Below, piece after piece: positions 40,779 through 50,220 of a stretch of 64,000 nt of DNA. The DNA is from a virus. The notes under the pieces were generated by a model. That model was not told the origin of the DNA, ran no database searches, and saw nothing but the letters and a program-made list of their open reading frames with translations. Position 1 is the first letter of the stretch. Each line of letters opens with the position of its first letter. Location of the stretch: IMG/VR virus record IMGVR_UViG_3300020530_000006, one strand, 5' to 3'. The position numbers were made by a program, and so were the translations under genes.

Positions 40779-42847
40779 TATAGAACACTCCTAACTTCCA
40801 CAGCAATAAGTTCAGCATCTCCAGTCATAGTGTCATTAGTAGTATCACTAACATCTCTATAAATTTTGATCCTAAAGAAATCACCAGCAACTAATGAATC
40901 TATGGTTGTGCATGTTATTGTTGTTGTGGTTGGTATTCCGGCGGTGCCGTTAGTAGCAGAATGAGCTTCTGTTGCGGTATCGAATGAATCGGCATCCTCG
41001 TCGGTATTCATATCTTCAAATTGAATACCCCAACGACAATTACCACTGGTAGCAGTAGTTGCCATCCAATGAATTCGTACTGAAAGTCCTGATGCTAGAT
41101 TAGCATTATCTGGTACAACCCCAACAAATACTGCACTTTCTTCTGTCGTGTCGTCGAAATCTAAAACAGCAATACTGTTTCTCGTATCTAATGTTGCGAA
41201 TGCGGATGCTGGAGGTTGATTATCTAGAGCTGTAAATAATCTTAAAGTTTTTGTTTTTAATGGAGTTCCTGCGGTCGCAGCACCCTCTGTTATATCTAGA
41301 TAGTATCCTCTGTTAGATCCTGTGGTCTCAAAAATTCGTAATCTATTTTGCCATAAATCTATTGTGAGATTACCACTAATGGAACTATTTGTTGCTGGTT
41401 TATTGAGTAATATTTCTCCACCCTCATCGCCAGATGATTGTGAGCTAATAAATCTATTAGCATTAATATCTGAACTAAATAGACCAGAGCCAATAACATG
41501 AAGTTTTGAGGTGGGCGACGCTGTTCCAATTCCAACATTACCACCACTACTAATTACAAAATCATTTTGATTATATCGTCCACCAATCACTCTATCATCA
41601 CTAAATACTTCAAACACTGGTAACCCAGCATTATTATTAACACTCATAAGAGTGCCACTAAGATTGTCTATAACGCTAAATAATGACCCATTAGTACCCT
41701 CAACATTAAATATCATATCCCCACTAGTAGCTGAATACAGATCTAGTAAAGCATTTGGAATTATACCTGTTGTGGTAGAAAACAATCCAGTTCCTATAAC
41801 ATTTAATGTTCCGGATGGTAAAGCGGTACCTACACCCAATCTATTATTAGTAGCGTCCCAAAATAATTGACTAGCATCGTGAGCTATTCCGCTACTACTA
41901 GTCCAGTATGCTATATGATTCGCTGCTCCTGTGCCAGTAACAGGATTTGTTAAAGTATTTTGTTTAGCATTAAGTTGGGTTTGTAGTGCGCTCGTAACAC
42001 CCTTAACATAACTTAATTCGGTTAAGCTTGGATATGTTCCAGTAGCTAGAGAGGTAATATTTTTATTACCGTCAAAACCCGCTATGGTGTTTGCTGTTTG
42101 ATTATTTATCGTTACATTATTACTAAAATAACCACTACCAGTAACATATAGAGCATAGTCATTTACCGGTGAAGCGCCAACACCAACAGAAACTCCTGAT
42201 CCGCTCCAATTGAAATTTGGTTGTCCATAGTTATTAACTAAACTTCTACCGCCCCAACTTACTGAATTGATTCCGTCGCTGCTATTTAGTATAAGTTCTT
42301 CACCCTCAAATATAGGAATATCATTGAAATTTCTAATAAAAACATACTCATCATCCACATCTATATAATCTAAATTTCCTATTCTAGCACTTCCGCTACA
42401 AACAAAAGTAGTACCATCAAATGTAAGATTCGACTCAGCATTTATGCCAACAGTACTTCCTGTGCTTGTAAGAATTCTATTATTTCCACTATTTGATATG
42501 GTTGGTAATAATCCACTTACGCTAGAGTTAAAGTCAGTTATATTTGACGAGGTATGGGTATGACCACTAAAACTAACCCCGGTTACACTAACAGTAAAAC
42601 TATTAGTACTATCATTATAGTTTAGATTGATGCCAGTACCAGCAACGAATAGTCCACTGCCTATACGATCATCAACAGCCTCATTGAAATCAGTAATTGA
42701 AGAAGCCGTATGAGTATGACCACTAATACTGACAACAGTTCCATTAAATGTTAGATTAGTAAAAACACCACTAATAGCGGTAACTATACCACTAACACTA
42801 ATATTGCCACTACTAGATACATTATTTGTACCATAATCAATAGGCAT
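40778..42847 (-). CDS. Fibre protein
   Basis: GHTH repeats, GNVGIGTASP, TELSYVKGVTSALQTQLN trimeric fibre motifs. Confidence 0.75.
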   Translation of the reverse strand: MPIDYGTNNVSSSGNISVSGIVTAISGVFTNLTFNGTVVSISGHTHTASSITDFNEAVDDRIGSGLFVAGTGINLNYNDSTNSFTVSVTGVSFSGHTHTSSNITDFNSSVSGLLPTISNSGNNRILTSTGSTVGINAESNLTFDGTTFVCSGSARIGNLDYIDVDDEYVFIRNFNDIPIFEGEELILNSSDGINSVSWGGRSLVNNYGQPNFNWSGSGVSVGVGASPVNDYALYVTGSGYFSNNVTINNQTANTIAGFDGNKNITSLATGTYPSLTELSYVKGVTSALQTQLNAKQNTLTNPVTGTGAANHIAYWTSSSGIAHDASQLFWDATNNRLGVGTALPSGTLNVIGTGLFSTTTGIIPNALLDLYSATSGDMIFNVEGTNGSLFSVIDNLSGTLMSVNNNAGLPVFEVFSDDRVIGGRYNQNDFVISSGGNVGIGTASPTSKLHVIGSGLFSSDINANRFISSQSSGDEGGEILLNKPATNSSISGNLTIDLWQNRLRIFETTGSNRGYYLDITEGAATAGTPLKTKTLRLFTALDNQPPASAFATLDTRNSIAVLDFDDTTEESAVFVGVVPDNANLASGLSVRIHWMATTATSGNCRWGIQFEDMNTDEDADSFDTATEAHSATNGTAGIPTTTTITCTTIDSLVAGDFFRIKIYRDVSDTTNDTMTGDAELIAVEVRSVL

Positions 42848-42857
42848 ATTTTAATCC

Positions 42858-43214
42858 TTATTCTGGAGAAACTGGCGTTTCTGGCTCAACTATAGTAACG
42901 GTACCATCTTCATTTATTATAAAGTTACCAACTAGATCAACTCCTTCGGCTATGGCTTCTGGTTTAACGGTAGCAATAAGTTGGCCGAGCTTGTGATGCA
43001 ACTCAAAAACTTCTTTAGCGTCTTCCCCCAATTCAGCAGCAATCTCTGATGGGGTGGCGCCCATACCATTTTTCCAAAATATTTGAGCACCCTGATTAAA
43101 AGATTGAACCATTTGTTGATAAGTTTGTTTGGTCATTTGAATTAAACGATTAGCGGCCATTTTAGCTTTGGGAATTTCTATTCTGTCTGGCCTGTTGTTG
43201 TCTAATATACTCAT
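42858..43214 (-). CDS. Hypothetical protein
   Basis: ORF in operon. Confidence 0.6.
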   Translation of the reverse strand: MSILDNNRPDRIEIPKAKMAANRLIQMTKQTYQQMVQSFNQGAQIFWKNGMGATPSEIAAELGEDAKEVFELHHKLGQLIATVKPEAIAEGVDLVGNFIINEDGTVTIVEPETPVSPE

Positions 43215-43215
43215 T

Positions 43216-44016
43216 TTAATTTTTCCATAATTCTAGATTACTATATTTTTCTACTAAAAATTTACCTAATATTTTATCACTATCATGGGGAACAGGAACT
43301 ACTACTGGTTTGATTTTGTGCAAATCTTGGATTCTATGAACTCCTTCGTCATCCTCCTGAGTGTATTGTTCCACATTATTAAAGTTGTGTTGATAGTAGG
43401 GTAATTCTAAATAATCATACACCATTTTGAGGGTCTGCGTTGGCTGGCTAGTTAATTGGTCAAATTCCACAAAAAGAAGATCGTTCTGATAGCCTCTAGT
43501 AATAGTATCTTTTACTCTGTTGTATGCTAGTCCTACTGGTTGACCAGCACTAGCCCAAATATCACAGCGTCCCTCCACAGTTTGACTCTTGATATAATCA
43601 CCCTGTTCAAAGTTCCACTGACTTTGACCAGTACTTTTTCTCCATAGTTTTTCAAAACTACTTAGTATTTCTGTAATATTACGCACCGGGACTATAATTT
43701 TAGGGGTTGAACCATTTATAAATTCAATCATTTCTATCAAAGAAAGCCATCCTCTACCCTTATCAATAATAGTATTTTTATCTGTTGAATGATAATTATT
43801 TAATATAGAGTTTAGTACTCTCTTTAGTTGATTATAATCCACACCTTCCGCTTGATGCTCAATCAGTTTATCCCACTGATTTCTAACACCAAACAAAACA
43901 TCGTGACAGCCACTTGTTGCTTTGCTAACAAAAACGTTGTCATTTTGGGCTAATATATTACAAAGTAAGGTGCTTCCAGATCTTGGAAGTCCGCTAATAA
44001 AAAAGAACTTTTTCAT
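43216..44016 (-). CDS. Sulfotransferase family protein
   Basis: PAPS-binding loop ISGLPRSGSTLL, DKGRGW, VRNITEILSSF. Confidence 0.85.
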   Translation of the reverse strand: MKKFFFISGLPRSGSTLLCNILAQNDNVFVSKATSGCHDVLFGVRNQWDKLIEHQAEGVDYNQLKRVLNSILNNYHSTDKNTIIDKGRGWLSLIEMIEFINGSTPKIIVPVRNITEILSSFEKLWRKSTGQSQWNFEQGDYIKSQTVEGRCDIWASAGQPVGLAYNRVKDTITRGYQNDLLFVEFDQLTSQPTQTLKMVYDYLELPYYQHNFNNVEQYTQEDDEGVHRIQDLHKIKPVVVPVPHDSDKILGKFLVEKYSNLELWKN

Positions 44017-44063
44017 ATTGTCTCCTGTTGTATCAGATCCTTATCCTATAATACTCATAAACA

Positions 44064-47000
44064 TCATGGTGTACCATAACTAACTTGAGAGATATCCACA
44101 ACTGCTACCCAGCGAATATTTTTACTAGTTAATCCGGTTACTCTTATTTCTAATGCTTCGTTAGTATCATCAGCAACCACACTAGCACTTGCGCTATTCA
44201 TGGCGGTTTCTTTCCAACTTTCTTCTATTAAACTACCAACTAATGTTGTGCTGTTAGCGGCGTTTCGTCGTATAACTCCTCGATATATCCAGCCAGCGGC
44301 AACATTATCAGTATCATTATATGCGCTCAATTTGATTTCGAATGTCCAAGTTGTTTCTGCTGGTAGTGTTAATAGTTCTTGAGCTGTTACCCCAATCGCT
44401 CCGTTTAGTGTTAATCTGCTACTAGTAACAGTTAATGAATGAGTTCCACTTTGAGTTCCGCTAGTATTAACAGCACTTCCGCCCGCACTTGTACTAACCC
44501 TAAAGGCATTGGCGCTGATACCAGAACTAATAACATGGTAGGTTGTGGTAGTATTTAATCCTGTTGGTAAACTTCCTGTGGTGCTTAGTGTTATGGTATC
44601 TCCAGCTTTTAAGTTGTGATTACTTTTTGTAAATACTGCTGGACTAGCTATGCTAACAGTAAACGTTCCGCTTAGTGTTGATGTTCTTGCTAATAGTACT
44701 GTGTGCTGAGCATCACCATTATTAGCAAAGCGTCCTGCCGCGTGACACAATTCGCCGTATTTTGTTGCTGCTGCTCTAAATCCGCCAGGAACGGTGCTGT
44801 AGTAGCCGCTGCTGGTGTTGTTATGTCCCCCACCAACTGTGCTGTAGAAGTTGCTGGCAGTGTTTTGATATCCCCCGCCAACTGTGCTTTTGTTTCCGCT
44901 GCTGGTGTTGTCATATCCCCCGCCCACGGTGCTGTAGTTGTTGCTGCTGGTGTTGCCATTTCCCCCGCCAACGGTGCTAGCGAATCCGCTGCTGGTGTTG
45001 TTAAGTCCCCCGCCAACGGTGCTGTAGTTGTTGCTGCTGGTGTTGATTCTTCCCCCGCCCACGGTGCTGTAGGTGCCGCTGCTGGTGTTGTATTTTCCCC
45101 CGCCAACTGTGCTGTAGAGGTTGATGCTGGTGTTGCTTCCTCCCCCGCCAACTGTGCTGTAGTATCCGCTGCTGGTGTTGCTATTTCCCCCGCCAACGGT
45201 GCTAGCGAATCCGCTGCTGGTGTTTTCATACCCCCCGCCAACTGTGCTTTTGTTTCCGCTGCTGGTGTTGCTACTTCCCCCGCCCACGGTGCTGTAGTTG
45301 TTGCTGCTGGTGTTGTTATATCCCCCGCCAATAACACTATAATTTCCACCAGCCACCATGGTGCCGCTAGATCGCACAGTTTGCCAATCAACAGCATATT
45401 CTCCCCTAGCGTTTCCGCCACTATCACGCTGTAATGCTCCAGTACCACTTGGTTGTATAATAATACTACCATTAGAGTTTGTGCTACTAATAGTATTACC
45501 GTCTAGTCTTAGATTATCAACAGTTACGGCTCCGCTAACTGCTAGTGTGGTTCCATCAAAAGTAGCATTAGTTTCAGCATCAATGCCAGTGGTTGTGCTG
45601 TCTCTACTAGTTAATATTCTATTGTTTGCAGGATTGCTTATGAGTCCTGTGACACTGACAGCGAAGCTGTTGCTACCATCATTATAATTTAAATTAATAC
45701 CAGTTCCGGCCGCAAATAATCCTGATCCTATGCGGTCATCAACAGCCTCATTAAAGTCTGTTATTTGTGATGCTATGTGGGTATGTCCACTAACGCTAAC
45801 AGGAGTAGTGTTAACATAAAGATTTGTAAATTTGCCACTACCAGCAGCAATTAGATTTTGTGTGTATGTTGTGTCTGGTTGTACTCCGGTAAGATTACTA
45901 CCTAAAATAAATACATTATTATATCCTCCATCATTATTATATTCTCCTCCAATTATTGAACTAAAATTTCCACTAATATTATTAAGAGATCCTGCTCCTA
46001 TAAAAGAGTAGTCTCCACTAACACTATTTCTATCTCCGCCAACAACAGCAGAATAAGCTCCTAAAGCTTTATTTGTTGTTCCACCAGCTATAACAGAAAC
46101 AAGGCCATCCGTATAGTTGCTATTTCCACCCGCTATAACATTCTCTTGTCCAGCCGCTCTGTTGTATGTTCCTCCACCTATAACACTCCATGGCCCAGAA
46201 GCTACTTGATTATTATTAAATCTCTCTGTCTGCCAGTCAACAGCATAGGAACCTCTGGTATTTCCACCACTATCTCTTTGTAATGCTCCGCTACCACTTG
46301 GAGTTATAATAATGTTACCATCAGTATTAGTGGAACTAATAGTATTTCCATCTATTCTTAAATTATCAACATTTAATATTGGTCCGATATTAACGCTATT
46401 ATTAAAAGCATTAAGATTTAAACTACCGCTCTCAGCAAGAATACTTAGATCATAATCGGCTAAAGAGTAAATTTCATTAACATTAGCTGAAGGACCATTT
46501 CCATTATAATTTTCGGTATTATAAGAACCTATAATTAATTTATTGGATGATCCACCAGCGCTTCTTAATTTAATTTCTGTAGGATAGTCTTCGGCTGTTT
46601 CATTTGTAATTATTAATGTTGGATTATTAGTTCCAAATATTGTTACTCCTCCACTACCAGCAGCAGCAGAATATTCCGACGTGTCAATAAAGAGTTGATC
46701 AACATTAATACCTAAATAGTGTTTATTGTTTGTTGGTGTTTCTGCAAATATAACGTTATTATCTATTTTAACTTTATCAACTATTAATACCCCGCTAACA
46801 GCTAATGTGGTTCCATCAAACGTAGCGTTGCTTTCAGCATCAATACCTGTGGTTGTGTTGTCTCTACTAGTCAATATTCTATTATTGGTTGGGTTATTAA
46901 CTAGACCAGTAACGCTAACCGTGAAAATATTTCCAGCATCATTGTAATTTAGATTGATACCAGTTCCAGCAACAAACAATCCGCTACCAATCCTATCGTC

Positions 47001-49166
47001 TATGGCCTCATTAAAATCTGTTATCTGAGAGGCTGTGTGTGTATGACCACTAATGCTAACTCCGATACCATTAACTAATAATGTAGTAAAGTTTCCACTA
47101 CTACTAGGAACCCAATAGTCTGTAGCAGAATTGTATTGTAAAAATTGACCATTAGTAGCACCACTAACAGCCACATCATGATTATCATTTAAATGACCAT
47201 AACTTATGGGTCTTACAAATATTTTACCATTATTAGCAGCATCAAGAATTATGGCGGCGGAGATACTATGTTTGGGTTCGTTCTTAGTGAGTTTACCCGC
47301 TACGGTTGGATGCACATACAATATATCTCCATTAGCCCATGTTTCATCGCCCACAGCAATATTGCTAACAACATTTCCACGAGTATCAATATTATTTACA
47401 TGACCAAAATGAATAACGTAACCATTATTATTATCATTTATGTTTTCATAAACCAGCCCCATAAATCTTACTTCTCTGACACTACCATTAGCGGTATATA
47501 AGCTTGGCTCTATAATACCATTAGCGTGAACTCCACTAGCCATAACGGCCTGACCTTTGTATAGAACGCCACCTGTCTCGTTTCTAACTCTAAACATTTC
47601 ATGTTCACCAAGATTTATAATAGCAGTATCTGTTAGAGCTATATCAACAGTGCCCTCAGTATCATTCCAAGCCATTTGTCCTTGTAATAGTGTTGGTTCT
47701 ATATTGGTATTAAAATATAAAACATCTAAATTGCCAGTATTAGCAACAAGATTTCCGCTAATAGCTAATAGAGAACCATTAAACGTAAGATTGGTTTCGG
47801 CATTAACGCCAGTTGTGGTTCCATCACTAGTTAATATCCTATTATCTGCATAATTAGTTATAGACGGAATGCCTCCTTGTATACCTTGAACTCCTTGACT
47901 TCCTTGTATGCCATCTAAGCCCTGACTGCCAATAGTTCCTTGTATACCCTGGATTCCTTGAGTTCCTTGCAGACCCTGGGTTCCTTGAGAACCAATCTGT
48001 CCTTGTGCTCCTATAGTTCCTTGTACTCCTTGTGTTCCTTGAGCACCTTGACTGCCTTGGATACCTGTCTGTCCCTGAATGCCTTGCTCTCCTTGTATTC
48101 CCTGTGTTCCTTGAGAGCCTTGAGATCCAACACTCCCTTGGCTTCCCACAGATCCCTGAGAGCCAGTGGTGCCTTGGATTCCCTGAGTACCCTGATTGCC
48201 TACGCTACCTTGAGTTCCTTGACTTCCTTGGCTTCCAATTGTTCCTTGAGTACCTTGACTACCCTGTAATCCTTGAGAGCCTTGACTACCAGTGTTTCCT
48301 TGGCTTCCAGTAACACCCTGGATCCCCTGAGTTCCTTGGGTACCTTGAGTACCTTGTGTACCATTAGATCCTTGGGCGCCAGTGTTGCCCTGTATGCCTT
48401 GAGTACCCTGAGTTCCTTGAACACCTTGTATACCCTGATTTCCCTGTATGCCTAATAAGCCCTGAGTGCCTTGATTGCCTTGAACGCCTTGAACGCCTTG
48501 TGTTCCTTGAATTCCAACAGATCCTTGAGTACCAGTATTGCCCTGAATTCCTTGAGCTCCTTGGATTCCTTGTGTTCCTTGGTTACCAACTAACCCTTGT
48601 ATGCCTGTAGTTCCTTGATTTCCTTGAACACCTTGTATTCCCTGGATACCTTGTATGCCAAGAGAGCCTTGTACACCTTGAGTACCTTGTGTTCCTTGGT
48701 TTCCTTGTACTCCTTGAGTTCCTTGGACCCCTTGAATTCCTTGAATTCCTTGAGTTCCTTGAGTCCCCTGGATTCCCTGAGTCCCTTGACGACCTTGAAC
48801 TCCTTGAGTTCCTTGAATACCATAAAATCCTTGTATTCCAGTTGTTCCTTGAGGACCCTGTATGCCTTGTATGCCTTGAGCGCCCGCTCCAGGAGGACCT
48901 TGTTGTCCTTCGTTAATTGTTACTACAGAATTAGATATTTCCGTAGTAGCAACAGATATTGTTGATGATTCTGTTGGTTGTATAGTAACAACATTAATTT
49001 CAGCATCATCTAATGATATATTTTGGCTTTCAGAGCCAAGTTCAGAAACAGACACATTATTAGTTGATCCAACACCTTCTGTGACCTCAAGATTATTTGA
49101 GTTCGGTTGATCAACATTTATGGTGTATGTTTCACCATTAAGCGTTACTATCGTAATAGTGCTCAT
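44064..49166 (-). CDS. Collagen-like long fibre protein with beta-helix repeats
   Basis: Over 100 Gly-X-Y triplets, GHTH modules, 12 x 15-aa GGGxxNTSSxxxSTV repeats. Confidence 0.85.
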   Translation of the reverse strand: MSTITIVTLNGETYTINVDQPNSNNLEVTEGVGSTNNVSVSELGSESQNISLDDAEINVVTIQPTESSTISVATTEISNSVVTINEGQQGPPGAGAQGIQGIQGPQGTTGIQGFYGIQGTQGVQGRQGTQGIQGTQGTQGIQGIQGVQGTQGVQGNQGTQGTQGVQGSLGIQGIQGIQGVQGNQGTTGIQGLVGNQGTQGIQGAQGIQGNTGTQGSVGIQGTQGVQGVQGNQGTQGLLGIQGNQGIQGVQGTQGTQGIQGNTGAQGSNGTQGTQGTQGTQGIQGVTGSQGNTGSQGSQGLQGSQGTQGTIGSQGSQGTQGSVGNQGTQGIQGTTGSQGSVGSQGSVGSQGSQGTQGIQGEQGIQGQTGIQGSQGAQGTQGVQGTIGAQGQIGSQGTQGLQGTQGIQGIQGTIGSQGLDGIQGSQGVQGIQGGIPSITNYADNRILTSDGTTTGVNAETNLTFNGSLLAISGNLVANTGNLDVLYFNTNIEPTLLQGQMAWNDTEGTVDIALTDTAIINLGEHEMFRVRNETGGVLYKGQAVMASGVHANGIIEPSLYTANGSVREVRFMGLVYENINDNNNGYVIHFGHVNNIDTRGNVVSNIAVGDETWANGDILYVHPTVAGKLTKNEPKHSISAAIILDAANNGKIFVRPISYGHLNDNHDVAVSGATNGQFLQYNSATDYWVPSSSGNFTTLLVNGIGVSISGHTHTASQITDFNEAIDDRIGSGLFVAGTGINLNYNDAGNIFTVSVTGLVNNPTNNRILTSRDNTTTGIDAESNATFDGTTLAVSGVLIVDKVKIDNNVIFAETPTNNKHYLGINVDQLFIDTSEYSAAAGSGGVTIFGTNNPTLIITNETAEDYPTEIKLRSAGGSSNKLIIGSYNTENYNGNGPSANVNEIYSLADYDLSILAESGSLNLNAFNNSVNIGPILNVDNLRIDGNTISSTNTDGNIIITPSGSGALQRDSGGNTRGSYAVDWQTERFNNNQVASGPWSVIGGGTYNRAAGQENVIAGGNSNYTDGLVSVIAGGTTNKALGAYSAVVGGDRNSVSGDYSFIGAGSLNNISGNFSSIIGGEYNNDGGYNNVFILGSNLTGVQPDTTYTQNLIAAGSGKFTNLYVNTTPVSVSGHTHIASQITDFNEAVDDRIGSGLFAAGTGINLNYNDGSNSFAVSVTGLISNPANNRILTSRDSTTTGIDAETNATFDGTTLAVSGAVTVDNLRLDGNTISSTNSNGSIIIQPSGTGALQRDSGGNARGEYAVDWQTVRSSGTMVAGGNYSVIGGGYNNTSSNNYSTVGGGSSNTSSGNKSTVGGGYENTSSGFASTVGGGNSNTSSGYYSTVGGGGSNTSINLYSTVGGGKYNTSSGTYSTVGGGRINTSSNNYSTVGGGLNNTSSGFASTVGGGNGNTSSNNYSTVGGGYDNTSSGNKSTVGGGYQNTASNFYSTVGGGHNNTSSGYYSTVPGGFRAAATKYGELCHAAGRFANNGDAQHTVLLARTSTLSGTFTVSIASPAVFTKSNHNLKAGDTITLSTTGSLPTGLNTTTTYHVISSGISANAFRVSTSAGGSAVNTSGTQSGTHSLTVTSSRLTLNGAIGVTAQELLTLPAETTWTFEIKLSAYNDTDNVAAGWIYRGVIRRNAANSTTLVGSLIEESWKETAMNSASASVVADDTNEALEIRVTGLTSKNIRWVAVVDISQVSYGTP
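44790..45329 (-). repeat. 12 tandem 45-bp GC-rich coding repeats
   Basis: gctgctggtgtt...cccccgcc..c.gtgct recurring every 45 nt. Confidence 0.9.
47872..48900 (-). repeat. Collagen-like (Gly-X-Gln)n repeat
   Basis: 9-nt periodic ccttg/ccctg; GIQ/GTQ/GVQ/GSQ triplets. Confidence 0.95.
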
Positions 49167-49570
49167 TAAACACCAGCACAGCTAATTTTCGTAATCTCAG
49201 GTTCTACAGTAATTGTGCCTTGTAATAATCTTATAACTTGCGGACCTCCGCCACTATAAAATACAGCATAAGATTCTAATTCCATATCATAATTAGCCGA
49301 TGTGAAGTCGTATCCTGCTGTGATACTAGCTGGTAATTTAAAATTAATAATACCACTACTTAATGGTGATCCAAATTCAAATAAATATAAACCACTATTT
49401 GTATTAGTAGTAGTAAATTGATATGTATTATTATTATTTGCGTTCCACTGCATTCTAGCACACTGGAATCCGGATAGATTTATTGGCACTCCACTAGAAT
49501 CCGCATATGTTAAGCTAAGACCAAAAGAGGCCCCTTGTTCTATAGTAAAATTATAAGTTCCTGCTGGCAT
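49166..49570 (-). CDS. Small Ig-like structural protein (fibre attachment-like)
   Basis: YNFTIEQGASF, PINLSG, YDMEL...RLLQGTITV. Confidence 0.6.
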   Translation of the reverse strand: MPAGTYNFTIEQGASFGLSLTYADSSGVPINLSGFQCARMQWNANNNNTYQFTTTNTNSGLYLFEFGSPLSSGIINFKLPASITAGYDFTSANYDMELESYAVFYSGGGPQVIRLLQGTITVEPEITKISCAGV

Positions 49571-49586
49571 AGTTTATACCTCTAGT

Positions 49587-50108
49587 TTACGGATAAAAGC
49601 CACTACGATCACTGTTTTTGCTTCTCTCATGTTGAAATTCTGGATCAAATTTATTACCACTAAATGGTCCAAGAATAGCAGCAATAGCACTAGCATTAGA
49701 AACATCCCAATATTCTGCTAGATCTCTATAAAGCTTGCATGGACCGTGTTTTAAAATCATCTCCCAACCAGCAGCGGCTCCACCAACACTTAAACTAGCA
49801 GGCCCTAGAGCAGCCCTAACTCCTTCTGTGGCGGCTTTTGATCTTAAAGTTCCCTGGTCCACTAAGCAAGAAGCTTTTAGAGATAATAATATTATAAAAA
49901 ATTGATCATTAATTTGAGTAGGGTCGGGCGACATGGTAAGATTTGTAACATCTATTGTATATTGATTATCAAAATCAACATCAAATTGTATGTATTTACC
50001 AGCGACTAATATTGTTTGTACTATTCTATTATCACTAAATTGATATGGTTTTGTGGCATCGTTAATTAAAGTTCTGACCATTGCGGTCAACTCTGTTTGC
50101 CATGACAT
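49587..50108 (-). CDS. Head-tail adaptor/connector
   Basis: Directly after the major capsid; VRTLIND...YQFSD pattern. Confidence 0.6.
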   Translation of the reverse strand: MSWQTELTAMVRTLINDATKPYQFSDNRIVQTILVAGKYIQFDVDFDNQYTIDVTNLTMSPDPTQINDQFFIILLSLKASCLVDQGTLRSKAATEGVRAALGPASLSVGGAAAGWEMILKHGPCKLYRDLAEYWDVSNASAIAAILGPFSGNKFDPEFQHERSKNSDRSGFYP

Positions 50109-50141
50109 ATTATATCCTCAGATTTTGTTGTATATAAACAC

Positions 50142-50148
50142 TATACAC
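50142..50148 (-). promoter_or_regulatory. Putative late promoter GTGTATA
   Basis: Just after the capsid terminator, upstream of the adaptor. Confidence 0.6.
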
Positions 50149-50154
50149 CTAATA

Positions 50155-50186
50155 AACAAAAAAGCCGCCCAGTAAAGAGCGGCTTA
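50155..50186 (-). terminator. Rho-independent terminator after the major capsid gene
   Basis: AAGCCGCTC-TTTACT-GGGCGGCTT followed by a T run. Confidence 0.8.
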
Positions 50187-50220
50187 ATTGTTTGATATTT
50201 AAGTTATTAACTTATAGTAA

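Noticed and set aside
44790-45329. Diversity-generating retroelement target (many AAC codons)
   Set aside because: No reverse transcriptase or separate template repeat in the window; differences between units are not restricted to adenines
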